DNA of 64,000 nt from positions 278,318,566-278,382,565 of the forward strand of contig NC_058130.1 in the NCBI RefSeq assembly GCF_016433145.1. Reading direction: 5' to 3'. A program made the translations under genes and the position numbers. The notes under the pieces are model-generated. The model saw only the letters and a program-made list of their open reading frames with translations. It made no database searches and was not told the DNA's origin. This document shows positions 24,091 through 36,710 of the stretch, piece by piece; positions within the stretch are counted from its first letter, which is position 1; each line of letters starts with the position of its first letter. Origin of the DNA: Gracilinanus agilis (lineage: Eukaryota).

Positions 24091-27000
24091 GGACATACAC
24101 TTCAGAGACTGATGTTTAGAAAAGAAGTGGTCCCAAGGAATGTAATTTCTAGTAATTTAGAGGAGAGTCACCCATGAAGATTCACAACCATTCTGTCAGG
24201 CATGACTCTTCATGTCACAGACTGAATTATCACAGGTTTGATGGAACAGAGCTTCCTCAGCAATATGTGGTTCCAGGTAAATGCCATAAAATACTTCTTT
24301 ATAAAAAAAACCAGTTCAGGCAACAGAATTCAGCATATTCTAGGGGTTTTGTAGCCAGATCCAAGATGAAACTTTTGGAGCACTTTTTCATTTAGAGGGA
24401 AAATAGACTAATGGAGGAAATTGAGTTGAAACTGAATACCTTTATTTTCATAAGATTGCACTCTCAACTTTCCAGCAGACTGCATCATTTAGAACAGACT
24501 CTAACATATGGAGATGGTAGTTGGTACCTCTTGCTGGTAGCTATCCCTGACATGCTAGATTATTTGCTCAGTTGCTTAAACATCCTTGCCCAGATTCAAA
24601 CTGATGTCAAATGAAAATTAAAATTCTGAGAATTTCCATCTCACACAGCAGGTTCCACTTCCTACTACTTAAATCAGGGTAAAGTTGTTTGTGAAGCTAA
24701 CATTAATATTGGCAATCATATTTTATATCCATTCAATTTATACAAGATCTTTTCTAAAAACTTCCTGCTTTTTTCTGTCTTTTTAGTTTAACACAGTATG
24801 ATGTAAACATCAAATACATAAATTAATAATCATAAAAAGAAAGCAGCCACATTCTTAGAGTTTATATGGAAAGGGTAAATATGATAGTTTACTCAATCCA
24901 GAAAGACATTTTCAGTGTTAGTTGGCTTAAAGTAATTATCTTAAGGTTTCTTTGGTCATAAGGATTACATATCAGTGTATAGACTGGACAAAGGTATTTT
25001 AATCTGACATTGGTGGATCTAGAACTCAAAATTTTGATGTTTGGCAGCAATTCTGGTGGTTTGGGATTCCTGAATATATATTCAAAAGTCATTCCTCATT
25101 TAACTTGAATTATAAGTTTAGCCTCTATTTAGTTTCCAGTATCACAGATTTCAACCTCATGATCAGCAGCAGAGCTAGGCACTAATTCTTCTTTACCACT
25201 GAACTTATTGCTTCAGTTTAGTGAGGGCAGTCAAAAACTTTTTGCATTATTGTGATTTAAGAAAAAATTCCCCACAGTTCTTGAGCCATTAGGCCTTGTG
25301 GATCAACATTCAGCTAACTCAGAAGGCAGGTGATTGAATCCTTTCTTTCTTTCTCTCCTTGCCTGAACCAAAGAATCCTTTTAACTATCTTTTTGGCTAC
25401 ACCAATGGTTCTAGGAAGTTGGGGAAATTGTTCTACATCTGGGTACCTAAATAGTTTGAATAACTGACCAGACACAATTAAGTGGTAAAAAGAATATTTA
25501 CTTAACTTGTCAGGATACACTAGTAAAATACAGGATAAGGATACATGTGGATAATCCTGGTTTTGGTGAGAGCCCAGAGAGCCTTGTGGTACACTGACAG
25601 ATAGTGTGTTTGTGAGATGGTGACTGTGCTGGCTAGGTAGAAGTTATGGGTCTGACTCACATAAGAAATAAAATATCCCTAAAGCTATCATTGAAACTTA
25701 CAAAACAGGTGCTATAACATCTGCAATTCCATGGAAAACCAGCATATGGTAGCAGTAGTTCACCAAGGAATAAGCAGATGTTTATTTGTATCTTGGCAGA
25801 AGATGAACGGATGACAGTTATAACCAAGAAAGCAGACCAACAGTAACACTGACAGACTAGTAGATAATATAATCAAATATTCAGGGAAGTTGTAGGAAGC
25901 AGTTTCCTGGGCCGAGATGTTCCAATTGCAACATCTGTCCAGACAGATGTTAAAGCATGAAGCCTTAATGCATGTGTCTTCTGGGAAATGTAAGTTCCCT
26001 CTTCCACATGTGTTCTATTCCATCTAAGTGGTATGGGGATCCATGGGAGAGTGTGCTCTTGTGTATATGGAGCTGGGAAGGAGGTCTGGAAATTTAAATA
26101 AAAAATAAAAAATAAGGATTTCTGAGTGATCCAATGAGTTGTAAGTTTAAACAGAAAGCCCCCAAACAAATCTTGAACACAGGCATAGTTTTCAATGGTT
26201 CATGATGGGGGAATTGGGCTTCAATCATATGTGTCTAATTTTTATGTATTCTGCATCATAGAGGTATTGTGAAAAAAAGAGAGAAAGTGTTTATAGTGTG
26301 TGTTGGACTTCTGGAATCAAAGTACTTTATGAAGAAATATAGATGTCTTGGTACATTATTTTGTCTCCCTTTTTTCTTTACCCCAATAAATTTTTCTTAT
26401 TCCACTCTCAGAGCAACTTTAAAAAAATTAACTCTTTTTTATGAATGTGTAAATGAGCTAAATCTTGACAGGAATTTGTGGGTTTGGAGATCTTGAAAGA
26501 GAATCAGCCAAGAAAGAACCCAGATTTTAATTTCACAGAGGGAATAGTGAAGAGGAAATTCTCCCCTTTCCCCCAAAATTGGCTGTGATAGCTGCCATTG
26601 GAGCCACTTTTCCAGAATGAGTTCAAGACATAGTATAAGGAACAGAGGCAGATTCTGAAGACACATATCAATACAGAGAAAGAATCACTGGAGACTAGAA
26701 GCAACTTCAAGGACTATAGCCCTGACAGAAAAAAAGGAAGCTGGGAATGGACTCAAGAGAGTGCCTTCAAAATCAAGATTTGAATATAGGATTACATATA
26801 GGATATAAGGAACTTTGGCACTGGCAATATTAGAACATTGAAAAGCCTCACTATCATTTTACTCTAAATTACTGTCTACTCTTTTCATGGACATTGTGTG
26901 TATTAGTGGGACAATGGTACTCCAGGTTTTTGGGAAGTGGGATAATTTTTAATTAATGTTCTTACTATACCAGTTAGTAAACATCTTTGTCTTGACTTAA

Positions 27001-27879
27001 TCATGTATACTGGCTGACTGATATTGGAAAACATAATGGTGGGGTCTCATGAATTATACCAACAGTGAACCCTAGAAGTTGTAGCTTTCTTTTGGGGACA
27101 CATTCTAAGAGTGAGAGTTTAAATTGATTGAAGGAGTCCAAAAATGATGCTTCAAATATCAATGTTTCTTTTGAATTGTTTGATTCCAGTTATATTTGAT
27201 ATTCATGGCAACATTTAACACATATTTGACTGCTTAGATCTTTGACTGAGCAGTGTCCTGATTTGAAATGGGCTTAAGTCATGGAAGATGACAATAGGAC
27301 TCAATATGCACGACTGTACTATCTATGCTGCTATTTCTGCAATGAGCTTTTTATGCTAATTTAGGAAATAAATAATTAAATCTGAAACTGGCCACTTGGT
27401 TCTCATGTTGGACCATGTGTGACCTGTTGTATGTATAATAAGGTAATTGAGGGCCCAAAGGAAGGCTTAATTAAGATCTTGGCATTTAACTACTGAGATT
27501 CACTGCAGTTGGCAGAGATTTCATCAGCAATTACATTAACAGACACAAAGATTATAGTGGTTTATTGATATTCTTACATTATGTCTATCCACTTTTCTCT
27601 TTTTTTAACAGGAGGGCCTTTCATGGAGTGTATTTAATTTTAAAGCACGTAAAAATTTGGAATTATTCCCATAGCTAATAGCTCCATTCTTGCAGTACAT
27701 TTTGTCTGCCTAAGCAAATTAAGGCTTAGGAAATTGGCCTCTATTTTGGACAACAGGATTACTTCCTGGAGCTATATTGTCATATTCTGAAATCATGTAT
27801 CTACAAAAGTGATTAATTACAATCTAGATACACAGATAATCCTTACTTTTGTAACTTCATGTGATATACTAACACAATT

Positions 27880-28005
27880 TTGGAAGGCAAAGGGACATTA
27901 GAAATCTAGTTTAGCCTATTTATTTTAGAGATGAAGAAGGGGAAACCCAGAGAGGTAAAATCATTGCCCAATGTCCTACAACCAAATAATGTTACAATTA
28001 GGGCC
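27880..28005 (-). mobile_element. MIR fragment
   Basis: TTTTAGAGATGAAGAAGGGGAAACCCAGAGAGGTAAAATCATTGCCCAATGTC. Confidence 0.65.
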
Positions 28006-29229
28006 AGAAACAAAGTCTTTTGGCTTTCACTGAAATATTTATTTCATTATATTGGCTGCTTATTTTTTTCAATACTAGGTTTTTGCTTGTGTACATTTAT
28101 TTATAGCGTCTTAGGAACTCAAAGTTAAATTGCATTAATCTTGGATAATTCTATTTGAGGAAATTTTCTTTTATTTTCACATATGAATTTCAACTTATAT
28201 TCCCTTGAATAAAATTAATTAAATAACAATTATTTATATTTATTCTAAAACTTCTACTTATTATTTATATTTATGTAGTTATGCACACAGTGCTGTAGGG
28301 GACACAGGTGTACCTAAATTTGGAGCCTTTCAGGTAATTATGATCTTACTGAGTTCTAAATGAATGAGGGCTATTTGGGTGAATCTTAGGAGTTTTAAAA
28401 TAAGAGGACTTGATAAATTTCTCTCACCTATACCTTACATTTGGTGGTAGAGGACTGTTGAAATGTGTGATAATGAAATAGATCCTCATGGGGATGATGG
28501 CGAAAAACATGCATAAGATTCAAGTACCCAAATGAGATAAATTAAAAGATATTTTTGCAGAATCCCAAGACGGGCTGGAGATGGCAGGAAATCTACAAGC
28601 TACTAAATCTTCCAAGTTGCGCTCATGATGGGGCAGCTTCGAAGATGAATTCCCAGTTTTTCCTGTTCAGGAAAAGTCCAATTTCTTATGAGTATAGGAG
28701 TGCTACTTGACTTTTATGGGGTTTCATGGCAATGACTAGTGGATCAGCAATGTACTTTCTGGGCCTGGAACATGGATGCTCATTGACTTATCTTGACCTC
28801 TACTCCCATACCTACTTTTTTTTTTGAGTTGCTATCATTGTCATTCAATAAATATTTATGTGCTTGCTATATGTCAGTCATTTTGCTAAGCAAAGGTAGT
28901 AGGTTGAGGGAAGAAAATAAGAGGGAAGCAGGGAAAAAAATATGACTAATCCCCTGGCTGATGAGACCTTTTCTTTTTGAGAAAGAGCCCTTTTGGCATT
29001 GACTGGATTTTCAAAAAGCTGTCCTCAATCCAGATGTTTGTGAGCCTGTACAAAGAACAAATGTATTCAGTTTTGTTTGTGACTTAAATTTCTGATTTGA
29101 CTTAATGTTCTGAGGCAGTCTTCAGTTTTTAAATGTTTTGTGAACAGGTTAACATTCACCCTGGCCTTTTTGTTCAGCATTTCATATACTGAACAGTGGG
29201 GCAATTTCCCAGGACAAGAAGAAGCCCTA

Positions 29230-29470
29230 ATAATAATAGCAGCTAGCATTTACCTAACACTTCCATAACATTTACATAACACTTTACAAATATTATCTCA
29301 ATTTATCCTCACTGCAATCTAGTAGGTAGGTTATTATCCTTTTTTATAGATGAAGAATCTGAATATAGGAGAGGGTAATGTTCTCATCCAGGGTTTCTTA
29401 GCTTGTAAGTGTCAGAGACTAGATTTGAACTCAAATATTCCTGTCTCCAGGTCTAGAACTAGCTGCCAAC
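29230..29470 (-). mobile_element. MIR/Mar1 SINE
   Basis: AATAATAGCAGCTAGCATTTAC...TTATAGATGAAGAATCTGA...GATTTGAACTC. Confidence 0.8.
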
Positions 29471-29769
29471 AATTTGGCAGAACAAAAAGAAATGTTAAAA
29501 AAATCATTTTTGGAACAAATTTCCTCATGAAAAGGGTTTGCATATTTCTCATTATTAGCATAATGATAGAGGACTAATAAAGGCACCAGGAGCTGGAAGG
29601 AGAGGCAATGGCATTTTCACACAAGAATGGCCAACAGACCATGGAAAAATGGACATATATTTTGAGTCACTGGCTTTAATAGAGCTAGTGTCCAGATTTC
29701 TGATGTGATTGATTCTTTGCTTCTTTTTCCTCATTCTTATTTCTCCTATGATATTTATCAGATACCATG

Positions 29770-30465
29770 ATGACTCCTTATATTATTTTTTGTAGATATG
29801 CCAAGATATGATGAGATTTGGAGCATTTTTTTCATGGCTAAAAGTTTTAATTTCATCTGAGAATTACATATTCATATCTTTTGACCACTTGTCAACTGGG
29901 TAATGCTTTGTATTCTTATAAAATTAACTCACTTTTCTAAAGAGTTGGCAAAAGAGACCTATGTCAGAGACACTTGCTATAAAGATTTTTTTCCAGTTTG
30001 TTGTTTCCCTTCTAATCTTGGTTGCACTGATTTTGTTTGTGAAAAACCTTTTTAATTTACTGTAGTCAATGTTATCTATTTTATATCTCATAATATTCTT
30101 TACATCATATTTATACATAAATTCTTCCCTTAGCTATAAAGCCGACAGATAAACTATTCTATGGTCCTCTAATATGTTTATTGTTTCACCCTTTATTTCT
30201 TTTTCTTTTTTTTAAAACCCTTACCTTCTGTCTTGGAGCTCATACTGCATATTGGCTCCAAGGCAGAAGAGTGGTAATGGCTAGGCAATGGGGGTTAAGT
30301 GACTTGCCCAGGGTCACACAGCTAGGAAGTGTCTGAGGCCTGATTTGAACCTAGGACCTCCAGTTTCTAGGCCTGGTTTTTGATCCACTGAGCCAATCCA
30401 GCCGCCCCCTCACCCTTTATTTCTAAATCATGTGTCCATTGTGATTTTACTTTGGCATATGGTGG
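29770..30465 (-). mobile_element. L1 ORF2 C-terminal fragment interrupted by a SINE
   Basis: Minus-strand translation KIDNIDYSKLKRFFTNKISATKIRRETTNWKKIF is L1 ORF2-like. Confidence 0.85.
30201..30409 (-). mobile_element. SINE1_Mdo-type SINE, full length
   Basis: Exact 15-bp TSD TCACCCTTTATTTCT at 30186-30200 and 30410-30424. Confidence 0.96.
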
Positions 30466-30469
30466 GAAA

Positions 30470-30625
30470 AAATAACTCTTACCTTCTAAGATAGAAGAGC
30501 AGCAGGAGCTAGGTAACTGGAGTTAAGTGACTTGCCCAAGGTCACATAGGAAGTATCTGAGGCCAGATTTGAGGCTTGGTCATCCCAACTCTAATCCTGG
30601 AATTCTATACACTGTAATACCTACC
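30470..30625 (-). mobile_element. Older SINE1/Mar1-type SINE
   Basis: ACCTTCTAAGATAGAAGAGC...AGTTAAGTGACTTGCCCAAGGTCAC...GAGGCCAGATTTGA. Confidence 0.75.
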
Positions 30626-30699
30626 TATCCACTGACAAACTTTGAATGAAAGCATACCATTCTTCACTTTATTTTCTACATTGAATTATTCTCCAGTGT

Positions 30700-30885
30700 A
30701 AGTAATATGTATCTTATTTCATAACATGATCAACATGGGAATATGTATTGTACAATACATACATGTACAACCTATATCATATTATCTGCCATCTTGTGAA
30801 ATGGATTGGGACAAAATATGGATCACAAAATGTCAGAAAACTATTATTAAAAATTGTGTCCATATTTAATTTGAAAAAAAAACCA
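30700..30885 (+). mobile_element. L1 3'UTR fragment
   Basis: ACATGATCAACATGGGAATATGTATTG...ATGTACAACCTATATC...CACAAAATGTCAGAAAA plus A tail. Confidence 0.75.
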
Positions 30886-32529
30886 ACAAAAAAGAACCAC
30901 ATATACACATAAAAATATATGATGAGATGTCAAAGAAAGTAAACAAAGCCTTTCTTTTTTTCTTTGACTGATATTCTCTGACCCATTCTGTAGTAGTTTC
31001 ATTACAAACCCAGGCCCCAAATTCTGTAACAGCACAGTGGTAAGTAGTCGTATCAGCAGCAGCAACAATAGCAGCAGCTCATATTTCTCTGGTGCCTTCA
31101 GGCTTACAAGTACTTTCCTCACAATAGTGTTGAGTGCTAAAATCAGTAAGACTTACTTTTATATTCTACTTTTGACACTTATTAGTGTAGGATTTATGTG
31201 TGTTGCCCATGGAGGTTATATGTACACATGGGCTTATCTAAATGTGTCTCTCAGTGGGGTATGAATAGATAACTCTGGAATTTTGTCTGTCCTTCTCCAA
31301 AGGAGACTTTGATTCCTGCTTAGAAAAGAAGAGGGTATTAGAACCATGAATGCTGATTGATTCTGTCCTCCTCAGAAAGGGAACGAGAGATCAGTATTAT
31401 TTCTTTTTGTTTCTTTAAATAATGTTAGTCTAGAGAAAAATATTTTTTAGGTTCATATTATTTTTCCTGATTGCTTTCCAACTAAATATCAGTTATACAA
31501 AGACCATTACAGTAGTGAATGATAAGTAACTCCATTTATACAAACTAATAGCTAGCATAAAATAGAGAAATTATGTTGATTGTAATGAGAGAATAAGCTC
31601 TCCTATTGTGAGATATGTGAATTCAACAAAAGGAGAGATTCCTAAATCTTACCCTAGGGGAAATTCCCTAAAGTTTCTAAGGGACATGCTTGATTCACAA
31701 GATCATATGCATGTCAAGTTCTTCCTGAATTCTTTCTCTTTTGGCCCTGAAGAGAGCCTAGAATTCCATGTGAGTAGAAGTCAGAAAAGGAATCCATTTT
31801 CTCAAAGTCGTGACAACTCAACCCATCACAAATATACGTGTATATTTTCCAAATGCCTACACTTGAGCCCTGGATTATATTTACTTATTATCTTGGTAGA
31901 AATAGCTCACAACCCGGAAAACTTGACCTCAAGAAAAGCAGTGCTCTCTGCCACTACCATCAAAATAGGGAGACTATCATAAAGAAGGGGTTGATAATAC
32001 TTACCTCTGGAATTGATGATTTGCAAAATAGGGTCAAGCCATGGTCACTATTCTGACTATCAACTCCTCTCAAATGCTAGTGAAGATATACCAGGATCTT
32101 TCACTCAAGAGTCATAGAAATAGCAGTCTTCTCCCACCTCCCACTGGCCTTTCTTCCAATTCAGTCCCCTTGGTCATTGTCTTGTTGATATGTAACCTAG
32201 TAATATTGTCTCTTCAGGTGCTGTAGCCTTATTTCTCTTGGCTTTTTCAGGGTTAGCTACTAAAGACGCAGAAGAAAATGTCCTCATGATTAAAATCCTT
32301 GGCATTACCAGAAAATAGTATAATTTTGTCAATGGAAATGACAATAAAGAATAGGTATTGCCATCTACTTTGTTCTTGTGCCCTGAAGACCACTTAAAAA
32401 ATCTGACTTGCACCAAAAACCTTTTATATATGTTGTCTTCCATTAGGAAGGTCTGCTTCTTGAGAGGTGGCTCTGTTTTTGTTTTTGTTTCTATTTGTGG
32501 ACCCAGCACTCAACATATCTTAATCTTAA

Positions 32530-32885
32530 TCAATATTTCATTATTCATATACCCAGTGGCAAGACTTACATTTTCTAAATTTATTCAAGTAACCTCCTGG
32601 TGCTTTTACTGGATTGCAAACTCTTTGAGGGCAGGGACTGTCTTTTGCCTGCTTAGCACAGTGCCTGACATATTGTTCAGTTCAGTCCTGTTTGACTCTT
32701 TAAGATCTTGAGTGGACTTTCTTGGCAAAGATACAGGAGAGGTTTGCCATTTCCTTTTCCAGTGGTTTAGGCAAACAGAGTTAAGTGACTTGCCTCAAGG
32801 GTCACACAGCTAGTAAGTATCCAACATTCTATCTACTGCACTATCTAGCATATAGTGGGCACTTAATGAATGTTTAATGATTGAT
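32530..32885. mobile_element. L2 3' end with an inserted Mar1-type SINE (~32685-32850)
   Basis: TGAGGGCAGGGACTGTC...GCTTAGCACAGTGCCTGACA...GTGGGCACTTAATGAATG. Insert CTTGGCAAAGATACAGGAGAGGTTTGCCATTTCC...GAGTTAAGTGACTTGCC. Confidence 0.75.
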
Positions 32886-34599
32886 CAATTGATCTCTACA
32901 CATTTATAGAGTTCATTGGACCAGGAATCATAACAACTTAGTAAAATAGGTAATATAAGTATCTTCATGTTCCTTTTATAGATGAAGAAAATGACTTCAA
33001 AAGAAAGTGACTGATGCCATAGATCCTTTTTAGCTCATTGCCTTTAAGACAGTTTATCATATATAAATAAAGTGCTAACTTCTAGGGAGTGACAGGATCT
33101 CTAGGAAAAACCAATATGGATTAAAATCAGGGAAGACTTTATGGAAAATGGGGAACTTAAGAGATAAGTAAGATTCAGATAGGCAATAAGAGCTACATAT
33201 GATGTTGGATGAGAGCCCTTTCTAGTGGATCTGAGTTTTGGGGCATCTTCAGGAAGGAAGCTGGCACCCTTCATCCCACTTAAATCTGAATCACTTCACT
33301 GTGAAGTAGTTAACAGGCTCTCTCCTAGTTGTACAAGGTAGATTCTTTCCTTATTGTTTGTTTTGGTTAAATTTCTGTTCTACCTTCTTTATTACCATAG
33401 TTGTCAGAATTTATGATGTATCTTCTTAGATAAATTGTAGTGATTATTTCATCACCATGCACATGACTTCATTAGATCCAAGGTAACACATATGGCAAAA
33501 TGTGCCATCTCAATGTTTTGTCAATTACATCAATGTACTTGTGCCAAAGAAAGTGATTTCTCCCTCCTAAAGACATACGAGCCAGAAAGTTCTTTGATTT
33601 CTTGTTTTATGTGACATTCTGTCTGCAATTAGCAGAGTTCCAGATGTTCATGCATTTTAAATTCAACTTATATAGTCATTTATATTTCCCATCAGAAAGC
33701 TTGGTGGTTTATGTTCCAGAAACTCAATCTAAAAACACTTCTAAATTGAACTTGAAGTGACTAAATATTCCATGGTTTTACTTCTAATTATAAATGTTCT
33801 CTTATGTTAAAGGACTTTTGTTTTTGTCTGGGCAAATCTATGTCCTATTTCTAACTACAACCAAAAACGTGAAAATATTTATTTGTACTTTATTTAAAGC
33901 TGATATCTAGTTTTTCTTGACCAAGACTCTCTGGAATTCAAGACATGATACTCACAAGTATATTAGTTAACAAGGTGCATGATCATAATCATTGTTATCT
34001 GAGAACTGACTGAATGATAAAACAAGCTAATAATTGACCCAGCTTGTTTCAGGACAGGAATCTATTTAGACAGTTGGCCTGAAACAGATATAAGAGCCAA
34101 GATTATTTTTAATTCTTTGTTCATTAGAAACATAGACTACATGCCACATTATAGTAATAGATGTAGAAAAAAGCCTTTGAGGAATGAAAAAATGAATAAT
34201 TTGTGCTAAAAACTACAAAATGTGGGCATAGGAAGAGCTTTAAATATAACTCCAGGCACATATCTAAATCTCAAAGCTAGCATACTTATATAATAGTGGT
34301 TTCTTCCCCTAATAGGGGCAAATGGGGGTAGAACAATAATACCTCCTTTCACTGCTATTAGTTGATCTGGTTCTAGAAATACTAGTGATAGCATAAAATA
34401 TGAGGACATTATGAACAAAATATAAACATAGGTAAAGAAAGGAAACATTAGAAATCATCAAAGAAAGTATGTGTGACAATAGTCAATTGACAGCTAAGGA
34501 AATAGTAGTAAAGTAGTAGGATATATGTGTGTATATATATATATATGTATATATATATGTATATCTACTTACATCCATATTCACATATACATATACATA

Positions 34600-34715
34600 T
34601 ACTCATCTTTCTGAGTTCAAATCTGGTCTCAGGCACAGCTCTGTGACCTTGGGCAAGTCATTTAACACTATTTGCCTCAGTTATTCATCTGTAAAATGGG
34701 CTAGAGAAGCATCTT
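34600..34715 (+). mobile_element. MIR/Mar1 fragment
   Basis: GAGTTCAAATCTGGTCTCAG...TGTGACCTTGGGCAAGTCATTTAAC...GCCTCAGTTATTCATCTGTAAAATGGG. Confidence 0.85.
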
Positions 34716-34939
34716 TTTTTATTATCTTGAAGAACTTGAATCTCTAGGTCATCCTGAGCCAGACCTGGCCCAGAATAGGGACACATAGAGAGACAACATT
34801 TGCCTGGAAAATATTTGTGGATTTTGGTAAACTGCAAATTCAATATGTCAATGATGTCATGTGGCAGCCAAAAAAAAAAAGTAGATGTCTCTGAGAAGCA
34901 CAATTTCTAGGAATAAAAAATGATTATTCCTTTGTACTC

Positions 34940-35330
34940 TGCCTTAATTGAATCACATATTAAATGTTGTGTTTACTTCTGGGTATTACATTTTAGGAAG
35001 GATTCTGATAAACTGAGGAATATCCAAAAGAGGATGATCCAGTCAATGAAGGCCCATTTGAACATTGACTGAAGGATTTAAAGCTCTGCCTGGAAAATAA
35101 AAGGCTTAGGGGAAAATGATAGCTCTTTCATATATTTGAAGGATTGCTAAAAAAGATTAAACTTTTTTGCTTGATACAAAAGGGAACTGGGATTACTGTG
35201 AGTTTATTTCAAAGAGATAGATTTAGATTTCACATAAGAAAAAAAAAACCTTTCCAGCAATTAGAATTATTCAAAAATAGAATGAGCTGCCTTGGGTTGT
35301 TAAGCAAATCCTGGATGACTAATTTTCAAG
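34940..35330 (+). mobile_element. CR1/L3 LINE 3' fragment
   Basis: Degenerate YCVQFW..HF.KD.DKLE..QRR and KRLRGDMIA.F.YLKG-like segment typical of the CR1 RT C-terminus. Confidence 0.75.
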
Positions 35331-36369
35331 CATGTTTTATAGAGGATTCTTCTTCTGTACATGGGGATGATATGACTTTGGAGGTTCCTTCATTCTTTGG
35401 GCTGTTGTGTTTTTGTGAAGTTTTGTTTACAATGTTCTAATATGCTATCTCCTAAGAATTAAGAATTGTGCACTCTTGTGTGTCTTTCTATAATCTATCT
35501 AAATGGCCTTTATGATTTCTTGTTGTAATGGGGAATGAAACAACGTGTGCAAACCTCATAAGTATGGGAAGAGTATGAGTGTTTAGTCAATGCAAGCTCC
35601 ACTTGAACATTGTAACATGTGTAGACATTCTGATTATGTCCTTTAATCACAAAGTAAAGAGGAACCTCATTGATTGGCAATGGAGCCAGAAATTAGGACA
35701 CATTCAAAAGGTACTAATTAGCCTCAACCTATTTTTTGGTGGGGTCTGATTCCTTCCTCTCTGGCTGTCTTCTGATGAGAGAAGAGAGAAAATGCAATAT
35801 GGGGAGAGATCTGAGGCATATGAACATAAAAAATTGCTTGTGAATATATTATTTGATTATTTGCCTTGGTGTTTGTTCTTTTCTGTTTTAGGTAAAGAAA
35901 ATTAGAGATGGCTATGATCTTATGAAATTATATACTATATTTTTCAGCCAGTCAGTCAAGCTTCAAGGGCTCCTTCCCACTCCAGTAATTACCTTTAGAG
36001 CCCAAACAGCTGGGTTTCAGAATTCATCCAGAAGAGATACCAATTTTGAGAACTTGGTAGGACCAAATTTATGCAGCAATAGAAACTGCATAAATTCAAA
36101 CCCACTTTCCTGAAAGAATGAGATGTAGAAGAACATGTATCCTCAAAGTGTTTTAAGGAAAATATTTGTCCTATCTTGTTAAATCTTCAAAGTGAACACC
36201 CCCTTGCAAATGTAATTGAAATTAATTGGCTAAATGCAACCAAGGCATAAATCACTCGTGGTTAAAGGGGAAAGGAATGGGAACTCTGGTTGTTGGGAAA
36301 AAATAGACATTTTCTCACTTTGGAAGAATGAATCTGGTGCAAGTTACTACATCATTTTGTACTTTTATT

Positions 36370-36710
36370 CCATCTCCTGACTTCAGGCATTTTCACTGGC
36401 TCTCTTCCATAACTGGAATGCTATCCTACCTCATTTCTGCTTCCTAACTTTATTGGCTTTCCTAGAATTGCTGCTAAAATTTCACTTTAGGAAGCCTTTC
36501 TGGATCCCCGTCTTGCTGTTCCCTTCTGTTGATTATTTCCAATTTTTCCCGCACATAACTTGCTTATACATCATTGTTTATATGTTGTTTCCCCCATTAG
36601 AAAGTGAGATCCTTGAGAGCAAAGACTTCCATTTTATTCTTGTGTCATTATTGCTTAGCATGCATCTGCCACAAAATAGGTGCTTAGTCAATCAATATTT
36701 ATTGATGAGG
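36370..36710 (+). mobile_element. L2 3' end
   Basis: CTGGAATGCTATCCTACCTCATTTCTGC...GAAAGTGAGATCCTTGAGAGCAAAGAC...AATAGGTGCTTAGTCAAT. Confidence 0.8.

Noticed and set aside
25930-25951. 10-bp-arm palindrome with inverted CATCTG/CAGATG E-boxes
   Set aside because: About one such inverted repeat is expected by chance in a window this size.
30960-31080. CACAGTG heptamer (31033-31039) with a DTTTYHCAV-like frame and LGPG, suggestive of an Ig/TCR segment
   Set aside because: No nonamer at 12 or 23 bp spacing, no FGxG/WGxG motif, and no V-domain framework.
36066-36096. 11-bp stem-loop
   Set aside because: Too short for a pre-miRNA, does not extend, and is compatible with chance in AT-rich DNA.
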